Source of the DNA: Octopus vulgaris
Taxonomy: Eukaryota
Direction: 5' to 3'
Length of the DNA: 64,000 nt
Assembly: GCA_951406725.2 (NCBI GenBank)
Contig: OX597816.1
Location: 146,444,001-146,508,000, forward strand
The first letter of the stretch is position 1. Each line of letters starts with the position of its first letter. The notes under the pieces were generated by a model. It ran no database searches. It saw only the letters and a list, made by a program, of their open reading frames with translations, and was not told the DNA's origin. Of this stretch, positions 1 to 17,440 are shown piece by piece. The translations under genes were made by a program, and so were the position numbers.

Positions 1-224
1 AGGTTGAGGTGGTGTACGTCATTGTTGGTGTGGAAATTGAGTGTGCTAGTTAGTATCTTCGGGATTTTCATGAGTATCCTTTACACAATTATTCAAAAAT
101 TATACCATCCAAATTTCTATACGAACAACTACTGAGTTGATCAATAGTTTGCTTACTCTTTCCATTATACATACACATATATACAAACGTCTGTATACAC
201 ACACACACACACATATATACATAC

Positions 225-298
<74 letters not shown>

Positions 299-321
299 AT
301 ACATATAAACATGAATATATA

Positions 322-1085
322 CAGGGTGCGGTGAAGATTTTGTTGAAATTTCGAAGAAATGAAAATAACACTGACATCGCATTTTAATAAATATACTTAA
401 CAAAATTACATATTTTGAAATACTAAAAAGTAAATTCATTCAATAAAATCGCCATTGGCTTCAACATCGGCTTTCAGACGACTTCGGAATCTCCTGCCAC
501 TCTTCTGAACAAGACTCCTTATTTAAGTTGGTGAATGCTGCTATAATACTTGCCTTCAGTTCATGTTTTATGTTACAAGGAGTTTTGTTGGTCTCTCTCT
601 CAACTACGCCTACCACATAATAATGAAGGAGGTTGCTATCTGGGAAATTAGGTGGCCAGATGTCAGGGGTAATGTAGTCGCAGAAATTGTCTGCCAGCCA
701 TAACTGGGTTCTCCTGCTTTTGTGGCATCGTACAGAATCCTGTCGACAGACATCAGATCTTCCAGCAGCCATCCTACCGACACACTACCTCCAGCAGATA
801 CTTGATGTAGACTTCCGTGTTGAATATGCAGCCGTGTGAGAAGATGAATGGGGGCAAAACGTCACCATCTAGTGATGGTGACGTTATTCCCCATTCATCC
901 AAACGCCATGATATTGACTAAATACATATAATCATGAACATGTCTTGGGGACACGGCAAGCCAACCGTTGTGTGTTCACCATCTGTTCATAGAGTAGCTT
1001 CCGGCGCGAATGTCAAGCAGTACAGTATATCAGTTCCAAATTTCTGGTAGAGTGAATTGCGTAATGGTGCTGTTTTCCTCACAAT
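322..1085 (-). mobile_element. Internally deleted Tc1/mariner transposon, DD37D (maT-like) spacing
   Basis: TA|CAGGGTG terminus at 322. ORF 461..772 reads RQDSVRCHKSRRTQLWL...WPPNFPDSNLLHYYV, a decayed QQDxAPxH...WPPNSPDLNPLDY; 37 residues separate the second D from the third catalytic position (now H). Confidence 0.85.
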
Positions 1086-2317
1086 TTTCTAGATAATATA
1101 CTTCACATATGAAATGTATATAACGTATTATCAATTTCAATATTAACTACATAATAAATTGCTTGGCACCACATTTTAATGAGACTTTTTAAGCACCCCA
1201 GTCTGAATAACTCTGAGACAAATATGTCATCTAAAGGTTGAATGCACTGGTTACTTCTACCTGAAGGTATAACCATAATCAAACCTTAGAGGTAGATATA
1301 GTATTTATCATTGATCTTGAATGTGAATACCTTATTATTTGTAGTTTTCCTTATAATATTTGAAAAGCTACTTTTCATTCTTTACAGTTGATATTAGGTT
1401 TACTACAATATGCAGCGTACATATATTTGATGCAGTCATACTTTATATATTTTTAGATCTTGTAAATATATATTGGGTTCAGTAATATCTTTGTACTTTC
1501 GTTAAGAATATAATGGGTAATTATTTTCAAAAATAACTATAAACTTCTCGGTAAAATTATTTTCAGTATCCATTAAAGTAATCAAACTTATTTGAAATTG
1601 CTTTCTAAAATTGCAAAATAGAAGGAAAATAACGTGTTGCATCTTGATTGTGGCAGCAGAAATTTATGAAGTTTATGTTTAATAACTGAAATATACTGAA
1701 GAACAGAGATTAGTCAGTTCGTGAATGATATCAAAGAAGAAAAGGCAATAACAAAGGTGCGAGTAGAAAATAATCTACAGAACAATTTTAATAAAATGAT
1801 AATAAAAACCGTCAATAATATATCAAACCTGCAAAGCAATGGCTTCCTGTCACATCTGAAAATGTATACCCACATAGAAACATATATAGACCGGCATGTT
1901 TTAGTAGAATTATTCACACATATACACTAATACACAGAGAGTCACATATATGTACACCATTATTCTAAGCATGCAAGTGAAGAAATATACAAATTGTTAT
2001 ATATTATATACTATATCCAAACCATACACATACATGCATACATTCACACACACAAATACACAGCACACACACACATATATATATTAAACGTTATATATGT
2101 AATAGTTAATGCATCGATCTATGTGCATAAGAGTGTGCGTATATAAGAAATGTCCCGAGATATACAATCAATTTTACCATAAACGTGTAATGTTATTTTA
2201 ATTGCTTATAGGTGAATTCATAATTGACGCCGTTTCCATAATGGATATTTTCTTTTCTTTGGAATTTTCAACTACTTCTTTCTGAACGTCGATATATATA
2301 TACATATTATTCACTCG

Positions 2318-2354
<37 letters not shown>

Positions 2355-2439
2355 AAGTGACTAGTCTTTTCTCCTCGCTAGACAATTTGTAGCAAAGACA
2401 TTTTCTTAAATATTTTTTTGGCTACCCTGGAATTTATTG

Positions 2440-2442
<3 letters not shown>

Positions 2443-2480
<38 letters not shown>

Positions 2481-2835
2481 ATATATATATGTGTGTGTGT
2501 GTGTGTGTATATATATATGTGTGTGTGTGTATATATATATGTGTGTGTGTGTATATATATATGTGTGTGTGTGTATATATATATGTGTGTGTGTGTATAT
2601 ATATATGTATATGTGTATATATATATGTATATGTGTATATATATATGTATATGTGTGTATATATATATATATGTATATGTGTGTATATATGTATATGTGT
2701 GTATATATATATATATATAAATATATATACATATATATATATATACATATATACGTATATATCTATATCATATATATTTATATATGTGTGAATATATATA
2801 TGCATATATATATATGTGTGTGTGTATGTGTGTGT
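2443..2835. repeat. Compound (TA)n/(TG)n microsatellite
   Basis: Alternating TA and TG blocks, seen directly. Confidence 0.97.
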
Positions 2836-4161
2836 GCATCTATATACACACTTAAATTTACACATGCACTCAATTACATATATGCAATATATCGTCGTGG
2901 CAATAAATGTAGCATCTTGTCTCGACACAACGGTAAAGCAGGGGAAAAATCTCTATATATTGGTAGTGATATTTCTTCTCTACGCGCTCAATATTTTACA
3001 TCATAAATTTTCCATATATAAATTTATACTACTACTTTGTCTGTTACGTCCCGGAGAAAAAAATATGCTCTCTTAAAAGAGAATACAAATTACAAAAATG
3101 TAAGTATAGATCTGCTACGCAGGGTAAAGATTAGTTATGAAACAACAATATATGTATGTACTACACGTGTTTATGGAACAAACATTTTATAAACACATGT
3201 ATTTTTTTTTTAAATATTAGTAAATATTTAAAAAATAATCATAAATCGATTGATGGCGTAAACGTTACTAAAATGCGTCACATGTTTCGCCACCTATTTA
3301 TAAGAACTTACATCCAACTGCTTCGGAGTCTTACAAGGCAAGTACAAAGGGATCTTCTAAAACTGGGAGATTATTATAAACATTGAGCTAACAAAATTTC
3401 CTTTCCGTATGCATTTGCAGCCACAAACGTAATTTTTCATTGAAGTTTCTTTCCTTTTGCTCTTCCTGGCAAAATCTGACTTCACTATGTGCGCACATGC
3501 TACTTGTCTTACTATCATAAACATCAATAAAGGATGCATATTTTATCAAAATGAGTCATTGTGTAAAACAATTCCAAATAGAGAAATATACTCAAAGGAA
3601 ATGCAATTTTGTAAATACATCTTTAGAATAATTTAAGTGATAATAATGCTTCAAAAATAATACAGTTACTACAATTTTACTTTTTTATTTGTCCTCTGAA
3701 TGTTTATTCAAAAACGAGTCTAATTGTTGATTTTTTTCGTTTGTAGTAATATCAAAAACAAAATGGTTTATAAATTACGAGTATAGCGAATTTATACTTG
3801 AAAAGGTGAGGCATTGATCTATAAAAAAAGAGAGAGAGAGAGATAAATATATGTGGCAATTAGTATATACATCAAATGAAAATTATTTCTGTTTTTCCTT
3901 CATAAGATATCACAAACTGAAAATACAAATATCCAAATTTAATAACAAATGCGCAGAGAGTAAAATCATAGTCCATAATATCCAAAACACAACACTTCGC
4001 TTTAAAAAATTCATATAGTTATCAAGCACATTCGTTCATAAAACGATATTTGCAAGTACAGCAAACAAAAATATTCCAGTATCTACGTAGTCAACTATTA
4101 ATCTTACACTGGACCAGAAAGCATATTTACTTGTAATATTATCGCCCTACTCACCGCAAAA

Positions 4162-4356
4162 CGGCCAGCTGGCAGAATTGTTAGTATGCCGGGCAAAACA
4201 CTAAGCGGCATTTCGTCCCTCTATGTTCTGAGTTCAAATTTCGCTGAGGTTGACTTTGCCTTTCAATCATTTTGGGGTCAATATTATAACTAACAAGATG
4301 TAATCCACCGACGCCCTCCTCCAAAATTGCTGCCCTTATACTATATTTTGAAATCA
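4162..4356 (+). mobile_element. tRNA-derived SINE, family A (Meta-domain-like core)
   Basis: A-box-like TGGCAGAATTG, B-box-like GAGTTCAAATT, and core gactttgcctttcaatc..ggggtcaat shared with the copies at 17229, 41766, 59838 and 60060. Confidence 0.8.
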
Positions 4357-4399
4357 AAATAGTAAGCAATAATTCGAATACTAATTCGAGACGATGAAA

Positions 4400-5135
4400 A
4401 ACAGGAGATAGAGGATATAAATTTGTCTTGGAAAGGAGGAAAATATGTGCGAGTTATAGAAGAGCTCTTGGGAGAATAAGGGCCGGATTCAAAGTGTTAA
4501 ATTCCATCAAATATGTGCTCAATGGGAGGCTGGATAGGACCACTCGCACAAACCACTTCAACATCACGGTTTTACCTGCGATGTTGTACAGAAGCGAAAC
4601 TTGGGTCTCAAAGAAGAGAGACGAATAGAGGCTGGTAACTGCTCAAAGAGCTATGGAAAAATCGATGCTAGGATTGTCGCTGATAGAGTACATCCGAAGC
4701 CAAGTGACGAGAAAAATCTGGCTTGAGAGATATCATCACACACTACAGAAGGCAGAAGTTCAGATGGACTGGACACGTCGGATGGTTGACCAAAAATCGG
4801 TCGATTTGTGCAGTTGTCGAGTTTGACAAATCGTTCGTTCGAGTTAACTTGATAACCAGCTGATCTAGCAAGTGGGGCCTCATATCATTGATGCCGTCGA
4901 GAAGTAGGCCCCGAAACGGCGCGCATTCTCTCCTGATGACCCCATACACTTGCTGGATTCCGATATACTTGCATGTGCAAGTTGTGTGCAAGACATATTT
5001 GCGAGCCGAAGTGGCCTCCAAAATGGTAGGTTGACGAAATACGATAAACGTTTGAAGCTACTTGGATGAGGATGGCACGATCCAGAGAGGAATAGACGGC
5101 GTGCTGTGACCAGCGGAGCCGAAACAACGTCCGAC
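4400..5135 (+). mobile_element. RTE-clade LINE 3' fragment (interrupted)
   Basis: Translates as FNITVLPAMLYRSETW..RLVTAQRAMEKSMLGLSL..KFRWTGHV, then after an insert PPKW*VDEIR*TFEATWMRMARSREE; typical RTE C-terminus. Confidence 0.85.
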
Positions 5136-5204
5136 AATCTGGTCTGCTTTGGTGATCAAGATGATGTGTTCCCCAACAAGGCGACGAGCAGGTAGAAGTG
5201 TCAA

Positions 5205-5380
5205 TACGCTGGTCAAAATGTTTAGCCACATTTCATCCGTCTTTACGTTATTCCACGGACGACGAAGTTGCCTTTTATTCGTTCGTGATTGATAACACAA
5301 TTACCAGTTGAACCCTGGGATCGTTATTATCGACTTACCCCGTCCTGAAAATTGCTAGTCATGTGCAAAGTTTGAAAACA
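5205..5380 (+). mobile_element. Degenerate SINE family A copy
   Basis: acgctggtcaaaatgtttagc..catttcatccgtctttacgtt..gccttt..accagttgaac.ctggg aligns by eye to family A. Confidence 0.65.
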
Positions 5381-8300
5381 GCATATATCTGCCTCACACA
5401 TAAATACACACACGCACACGCAAATACATACGCACACGCAAATGCACACGCAAATACGCATGCACCCACACACACACATATTCTCTCTAGTTGGCTAAAT
5501 TTTTGATTTCCGAAGACCAAAGAAATCGATTCTGTAATTAACACCGGAAAATATAAGAAGCAACCACAATAAAACTGGCACCCACTCACTGAGTAGAGAT
5601 GACATGAAAAACATGACAGTCGGAACTATACACATTAACCGCAAAAGATTTTGAACTTGATAGCTACAGCGAAATGAAAGAAAAGTAAGAGTGAAGGAGA
5701 GAAAAAGAAATTATTTCAAGTGTTCCAAGAAACAAAAGAGAAATAGACTTAAGATACTAAGTTAATTTAATTGCAATTTCTTATAGATAGTCGGAGTATA
5801 ATCGCACCTTCGAATTTTGCTGTATAGCTTCAGCAGCAATTGAATCTTATCGCTGTGGTTGTTTAGAAATATGTACCAAAAAATATATTACTTATAAATA
5901 CTTAATGGTATTTAATAATCTTTCCTGAGTTTTTCACCTGTTCACTTCTCAGATATAAATATGTTTTGACGATTCTCATGCTGTATTTCTATGTCGCCAC
6001 ACTAAGTCAGTGTATCTTTAACTGTTCTTTACAATGTTGTATGTGTTTATGCCAGCATGTATTCATACTATAAATACATCACGCGGCACTTGACATGAGC
6101 ACTATTATATTAGCGTGGAATATTATTCATGGAATATAGACTGAATAATATCTCGAACATTAGTGCAAGTACTAACCTTGTTAAATAACTGTTTATATTT
6201 ATGACCATTCTTACTGAAGGAATTTTTTTATTCAAGAACTTATCAATATTTGTCTCAGAATTGAATAATCTTTGCAGCTAACTAGGAATTGCTGAAAGTA
6301 ATAGGACAATACAATAGTGTAACTGAAGAAAAACATTGAGAAATGTAAATAAAATGCATTTAGCTGTAGTCATATGAGAAATAAAGTACAAACGCATTTT
6401 AGTAGGACCTAATAATGAACTACTTAAATGCTGTAAAATTACAGATGAAAAACCTTACGCTTTGTGTACATAACGATACGAGCCTGGGACTTATTACAAC
6501 TAGTATTGATCTTTTTACAGCTAAACAACTACGCCAAGTAGCTATTTGTTAAACACAAAAAAATGACGATTATCCTAAATTCATTGTGAAAACTGACGAA
6601 TGAAATTGTGTTGCCGAAACTATAAACACTGCCCTGGTTTTACCACGTGCGCATTCATTTAAACAGACACGCCTTCAGATACAAACAATAATAACAATAC
6701 CTTACTTTGCAATTATTTTCAAGACATCATCAATGAATGTTGTTGTGCTGCCGATGATGTTGATGGTGCAACTACTCTTGCTGCTACAAGTATTCCCACT
6801 TATACTGCTACAGCTGCAACTACAAAGCTGAACTTTTATAACTGGTTTGCAATTACAGTAAAAAAATATATACTACGTGTTGGAACAGGGTGCTCTATAG
6901 GCAACTGTAATGCATTTGTAGTGTAATTCAGAAAAGTGTATTTCGTACAATATATTATACTGTATTACAAGTTTGTTAAATTTCAATGTGGCAGTTTTGC
7001 AATGCGTGTTATAGTTACAACAAATTCCATTGACCTTTGTATTAGCGAGTTCTAAATTACAAATAGGTGAATCACAAGAAGATAGAAACATCAACGTACA
7101 CATTAAAACTTTCAGAAAGATTTCAGTATTGATGCGAAAATATGAATGATATCAGGGAAAACCTTCATATCGTAACTATATTCTTAAAAGATATAAGGAG
7201 AGTTTGATCATCTTAGAGTTACTACAAGACTATAAAGCACGGGTGAACTTATGTTTATTCAATGAATTGGCAATTCTTACGATAGTAAAGAATGCGAAAA
7301 TTATTTAAAGAAAGGTAAAAAATACACCTGATGACGTATTCCGTTCCTATGAATGCTAATTTGCGTCAGCCCTATTGATAATAACATTCTAAAGTGATTA
7401 AAACACAGCAGAAATGCTTGCATCATCAGAAATACGAATGGTATATTTATAAAGCGTAAGGAAGGTGAAGAAGCAAATATCAACTCGTGTATCTTGTAAA
7501 TGTTGCCTTAATTCAACAACATATGTCTCTAGATACAGTCACATAAAAGTTAGCACCAACAATAGAGATACTGATTGATGCTTGAGAATCAGCGGAGCTT
7601 ACTTTTCGATGACTGTGTGTGGAAGTATGTCTACATATATTCCTAGCTTTTCTGTATGCGTGGCTATATCCAGAGGTATAGATATACGGATCAAAATCTT
7701 ACAACAATAAACGTCATCGTCGTTGTCCAAATTGATGCCGTTCTCATCATCTTCATCATCAATAACTTCTTCAATACATTTATTATTATTATCATTGTTG
7801 CTGCCACTGTCTTCATCATCATTGGCGGTAACATCATAACATTTTCGCTAGTTTATTTTGTTTCTAAATGTTCTAATTTCTTAGCAACTATTGTCTGTTT
7901 TAATTGCTTCGCTTTTATGTGTTCTTTCTTATTGCTGTTGCTCCAGCAACAAAGTTAAACACTCATCCTTCATTTGGTATTTGCTGGGTTTTATTTTTAA
8001 ATCTAAGGTGCTTTTAGATTTATTTTTCGAAAATAGTTTCTATTGTGACGTCTCAATATTTACTGTAGAAGTAATAGAGAGGGATAGGCCGCCGGATTAA
8101 AAAGGATACAAAGAACGAAATGAGATATTGATCAGAGAGCAATTAAACATCATATTTGCAAACATGCTTAAGCTTACAAACGAGTTTTCCTTCATATTCC
8201 TCTCACTGCCTCCATCGATATTATTGTAACTATACGATAGCAAGATATTAAGGCGCCCACGAATTTTAAATTGCTGCAAATGTTGACTCATATTGGTTCA

Positions 8301-8565
8301 TTATATAGACAGGAAATAATTACAATGGATTTATGCAAAAAAAACTAATATTTCCGACCACTCCTCAAGATAATGCGTCATTAGGAAGTAGTGTTGGAAC
8401 CGGTGTCTTTTAAATCTAGTGAGAAGATTCCTTTTGTTAGGATGCAAAGTGTGATGATGAATGATATCTGGAGAAGAATGTTGTGAAATAATTTGCAGTT
8501 TATCATTTCTGTTTTTTAATAAATATTTTATGTCAAACTACATGTATTATTTCTTTACTTTCCTA

Positions 8566-8631
<66 letters not shown>

Positions 8632-9494
8632 TATATATATAGGTGAGTAGACAAACGAAAGAAGGGCACTCAACACATTCATCGGGAGTTACATATATAG
8701 GTCAAACCAATTTGAATCAAAATGTTTTGATACATATACACACATACATACATATGTGTATGTATAGTATGTGTGCGGGAGTGTGAGAATGCCTACAGTG
8801 TGCCAAATCGTCACCCTCGAACTAAATACTAAAGAGAGAACATCCCTTCAAGGTGGTGACTCATGATATCATATTCCTGATGATCAGCAATGACCGCTCA
8901 AAAATTTATATTAACATGGCTTACATTGGGGATAGCGCCTTGAGATAAAGCGTCCATTAAATATAGGGCATATTTGAAAAGATGTAAATAGACTTAGTTA
9001 AAAATATGAATGATTTTTAAGCTTGAACATGAATATTAAAGCAATAATATATATGAGTGTGTGTGTGTCTGTCTCTGTGTGTGTATGCGTGTGTGTATCA
9101 GCCATAGAGCAAAGATTGTCACTTATAAATGTCAAGTATACAACGCTGTGATTTAATTATTATGTTATCCAAAGTTCAATGGAGATATGTCCAATGCAAT
9201 AATGCACGCTTCACCTACAATTCAAATCTCACTCAAAATTTGAAACACATTAAAATGGAAATTAAACTTTTTAAAAACAAACAGAAATGTATTGGAGTAA
9301 TGAAAAATGTGTTTGAAAGAAAACTGAAAGATACGAAAGAGAATTGATATAATTTTCTCTTCCTTCCTATCTCTGTCTCTCTCTCATACACACATGTTCT
9401 CCATGCACGCACACCTACGTGAATGAATGGATATAAATATATACCTACCCATATAATCATGTATGTGAATATATGTGCACTTATATATAAAAAT

Positions 9495-9573
9495 ATAATA
9501 TATATATGTATATATGTATATGTGTTTATATATATATATATCAATATATATATGTATATATATATATATATCA

Positions 9574-9607
<34 letters not shown>

Positions 9608-9710
9608 TTATATATATATCAATATATATATGTATATATATATATATATATATACATATATATATAAATATATATATGTATATATATATATATATATATA
9701 CATAGATATA
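9495..9710. repeat. (TA)n-rich microsatellite
   Basis: Seen directly. Confidence 0.95.
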
Positions 9711-10276
9711 TATTGTGTTAGAATATACACATCTATGTGCGCGTGCCTGTGAAAGAGAGAGACAGTGAGAAAGTGAGAGAGAGAGAGAGAGAGTTTACAT
9801 GTATTTTTATAATTGAGAAACTTTATTTGCGAACAATAATCCAACATGATATTTTTAATATCGATAAGGCATTGCAATTTAATTTACAGACTCTGCTGAT
9901 ATTAACTAATTAATTTCTTGTGTTACTGCCAACAATATTGATTGTGTAAAAGAAGAATATTCCATCTAAAGATCACAGTGGTAATTATGAAAACATATTT
10001 CACTTGGTATTTATTAATTAAAGTGTCAACGACTTATATCCGACATTACAGGTATATCGCCAAAGACGTTTTCATAATTTTAAGTAGATATTACGTATGC
10101 ACATGCACATACTTATGCAGACACTTACGCGCAGACAGACTCGTGCATGTGCTTATGGGTCTCTGCATAAATGCATATGTACATATATATGAGGGTGTGT
10201 GTGCGTGTTTATATATATATATATATACAACATCATATATGTATATGTGCCTGAATAATTTTATGTGTGTATATAC

Positions 10277-14245
<3,969 letters not shown>

Positions 14246-14255
14246 TTGTATATGT

Positions 14256-14445
14256 ATAAACTGCATTTCTATATTTATGAGATGAGGAATTATGTACATT
14301 ATTTACGTTTTTTACATTTGATGGATAGTTGTCCTTATCTTGTGTTGTTAACACGTTTCGGTTGATGTACTCTCCACACTTCATTAATTGTTCTGGATGA
14401 ATTTCTAACCTGGGATATTATTCCCAATGTATATTTCTGATGTTG
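14256..14445 (-). mobile_element. Short retroelement body/tail with a degenerate hammerhead-like motif
   Basis: Minus strand 14390->14353: TTAATGA-A-GTGTG-gagagtacat-CAACC-GAAAC-GT. Preceded by (TAA/CAA)n and ending at a (CA)/(TA) tract. Confidence 0.5.
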
Positions 14446-14464
14446 TTGTTGTTGTTATTATTAT

Positions 14465-15670
14465 TTTTTTAAATAAAATATGGTCCGTTGTCTTCTGCTG
14501 AACCGGGGTCATCCTTTTGGCATTAGGGTCACAGCAAGTCCTCATCTCATGGAGAGTACACTGCGTAAAATGTGTGGAGTACCTAGCAACACTATTTTCT
14601 GAAGTTCTCCCACGTTAACACTGCAAGGGAGTTTGTTGGGCTGTTTTTCATTCCCATAATCTTGATCACTTCTATTTGTAGGTAGTTTTACTAAAATAAC
14701 TTCTCAACTTCTTTAATGGACACTTTTCTCTCTGATGGTACTGTCACATCTATCATTATGCATTTCTTATTCTTCCCATCTTTGATGATTTCGTCCGGCA
14801 GGTTTGCCTTGATTTCTTTATCGCTGTTGATTGGCATGTTCCAGAGTACTGTTACATCATCTTTTCTGGTTACAGTTTCAGGTTTATGCTGGTACCATCT
14901 TTCTGAAGTTGGAAGCTGGTAGTGTTTACATATCTTCCAATGTATATATTGCGCTATTCTATCGTATCTATGAATATATTCGGTTTTTGCAAGCGCTGTG
15001 CATCCAGTTAATGTGTGCACGACTGTTTCATCCTGCTCATGATACATTCTGCATTTCGGATCAGTGCCATCGTTCGTTATTTTCTTGTGGTAAGCCCTGG
15101 TTGCCAAGCTTTGATCTTGTGTTGCTATGGTAAAACCTTCGGCTTCAGCCTACATTCCTGAGCTATTCATGCATACATGAGTGTCTCGTTTTTCGACGTC
15201 TGGTTTTTTCATTCTACGTGGGTATCGGCCATGCATCGGTTTTTCTAGCCATTCTTCTTTGCTCTTCTGAGATTGTTTTTTCATCTCTTCCTAAACACTT
15301 TTATAAAACTGGGTTACTTTCTCACTCGCCTTCATCCTAGGTTACCCCGTCATCAGTAGTTTCTTAAACTGTACAGATTCTTTGTGTGACGAAGATTCTT
15401 TACTTTATTATGCTGGTGCAGAAGCTTCATTAGAGGATCTTTTGACAGCTCAAGATAAGTATTTAAAACTACAGTGGTGCTTTTGTAAGATAATTCTGAG
15501 TTAGTCCTCTTTCTCCCATGCTTCTCGGTAAATAAATCTTGTTCAAGTCCGCTTTTGAGTGGTTCATTCGAGCCATGGTTAGTAGTTTTCTGGTCTTGAA
15601 GTCATTTGCCAGTTGATTATGTTAAAACTTGGTGTCATTTGCTAGTTGATTATGTTAAAACTCTAAGCTA
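14465..15670 (-). mobile_element. R4/Dong-clade non-LTR retrotransposon 3' fragment (RLE domain)
   Basis: ORF 14691..15107 has a decayed CCHC knuckle (CRMY..ETVVH..TGC), RYD (=RHD), and PD..IID-type RLE motifs. The C-terminus ELQKIVLLGTPHILRSVLS is followed by a (TAA)n tail on the minus strand. Confidence 0.9.
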
Positions 15671-15696
15671 CAATTATTATTATTATTATTATTATT

Positions 15697-16217
15697 GAGT
15701 GAGAGAGCAGTTCATGCCATCAAAGTGACACTGGGGTAAAATATACGAAGCCCAATATACCCATCATGACTACCCGTCTGATAAAGGTACACCAGGCACA
15801 TGCATCACAACCATATGTGCGCGACATGGTGATCTCATATCAAGATAAACAGCACATGACCTTGCAGGTGGGGCCCAGTTAGAGTTTCCTTCAGGTTGAG
15901 CAGCCCATCCCGCTCAATTGGTCCCTGAATAAGGATTGTTTAAGGATGTTGAACGAAACACCCATGTTTCCAGAGGTGAATTATTCAAACCCCAAAGAAT
16001 CCCTCTCAACACATGGCTATGATGCTCCCCCACTACGTCTGCTCGTGATCAGAGATGCACATATCGTCAGCCACAAAGGGACATGCTCAACTGGTTACGG
16101 TCAAACAACTGACAAGCAAATCTGTGGTATTGAGCAGAATATTTGCTGTAGCCCATCTTTTATACCAAGACAAAACAATGTACATGATAACACTTCCAAT
16201 CAGTTAAGATCAGAAGC

Positions 16218-16218
<1 letters not shown>
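15697..16218 (-). mobile_element. ~520 bp non-coding interspersed element embedded in (TAA)n
   Basis: (TTA)n on both flanks; a diverged inverted partial copy lies at ~21955-22130. Confidence 0.75.
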
Positions 16219-16271
<53 letters not shown>

Positions 16272-16275
16272 TATT

Positions 16276-16354
16276 CAGGTCACTGCCTCGAATCGAACTC
16301 GGAATCTTGGGGTTAGTAGCCTGCACTCTTAACCACTACGCCATATCCTCCGGG
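16276..16354 (-). mobile_element. tRNA-derived SINE head (Pol III A/B boxes)
   Basis: Minus strand: TGGCGTAGTGG (A box), ggctactaacc (anticodon-like arm), GAGTTCGATTC (B box), then (TAA)n. The acceptor stem does not pair. Confidence 0.8.
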
Positions 16355-17172
16355 ATGTCTTCAAAGCGTTAACCATCTTACTTGTGTTTTTGGCCCTGAG
16401 GCTGTATTTAGGTCGTTTCTAATTTATTTCGTTTTTATCCATCGTCGTTAAATACATTCTTTTCCTTTCGTATGTCCACTAGGTATGATTTAATTTCCTC
16501 TTGGCCCTACATTCTCCGCGGCTTTTGCGGGCACCGCCAGCATGGGAGGTTCTCAGTCTTATTAATGGTGCGAAACTGAGTATTACATTTTGATTGTTTA
16601 CTGATGAAGAATTAGGGATCTTCTGTGTCTGTCTACCGCCAGGTTGTACAAGGCATTTTTTCATTCATTATATATATATATATCTATATATCAGTGCTCA
16701 TACACGGAGACTTAGGCTTACACAAGCGTGTACATGAGTCAATGTGTAGGCATATATAGATACATATGTGTGCGTGTATGTGTGTGTATCGTTGCATATG
16801 ATTTCGATATATACCTTCCTTCAACTTCCTCATATAATCTCGGACACCAGAATTTATTGCTCATAACCAACGACACATGTAATGGGGATTCTCACGTTAA
16901 TAGCTGATATAAATTCGCAAGAATTTACAAGTAAAGATGTATGTGACGAATTGTAAAGTGCTAAGGAGATAACAGCAATATAAAGCTAATGGAACTATAT
17001 ATTGAGTCGTAATGTTAAGAATCGCGAAAGACTTAATCGAATCAAATTATGTGCAGCCTAAGGAATATATTAGAAAAAAGATAGCATAAACATTTTCGAA
17101 TGCAAAGGTTAAATATGCGTACATACGCACGCACGAACACGCACACACACACACACATACATACATATATAC

Positions 17173-17228
<56 letters not shown>

Positions 17229-17409
17229 TATTTCGTCTGCCGTTACCCTCTGAGTTCCAATACCGCCGAGGTCAACTTTGCCTTTCATCCTTTCGGGGTC
17301 GATTAAATAAGTATGAGTTACACACTGGCGTCGATGTAAACGATTTAATCCGTTTGTCTGTCCTTGTTTGTACCCTCTGTGTTTAGCCCCTTGCGGGTAG
17401 TAAAGAAAT
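17229..17409 (+). mobile_element. 5'-truncated SINE family A copy with alternative tail
   Basis: ccgccgaggtcaactttgcctttcatcctttcggggtcgattaaataagta core. Confidence 0.85.
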
Positions 17410-17440
17410 ATATATATATATATGAATATTTGTATATTTA

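Noticed and set aside
7300-7490. Weak resemblance to a GIY-YIG C-terminus
   Set aside because: No GIY/YIG motif visible, and multiple stops.
8874-8908. CTGATGA-T-CAGC..GCTC-AAAA hammerhead-like string
   Set aside because: GAAA and stem III are missing; too decayed to call.
16276-16354. Possible tRNA gene (ACT anticodon)
   Set aside because: The acceptor, anticodon and T stems pair poorly, there is no long variable arm for Ser, and it runs into a TAA tail; treated as a SINE head.
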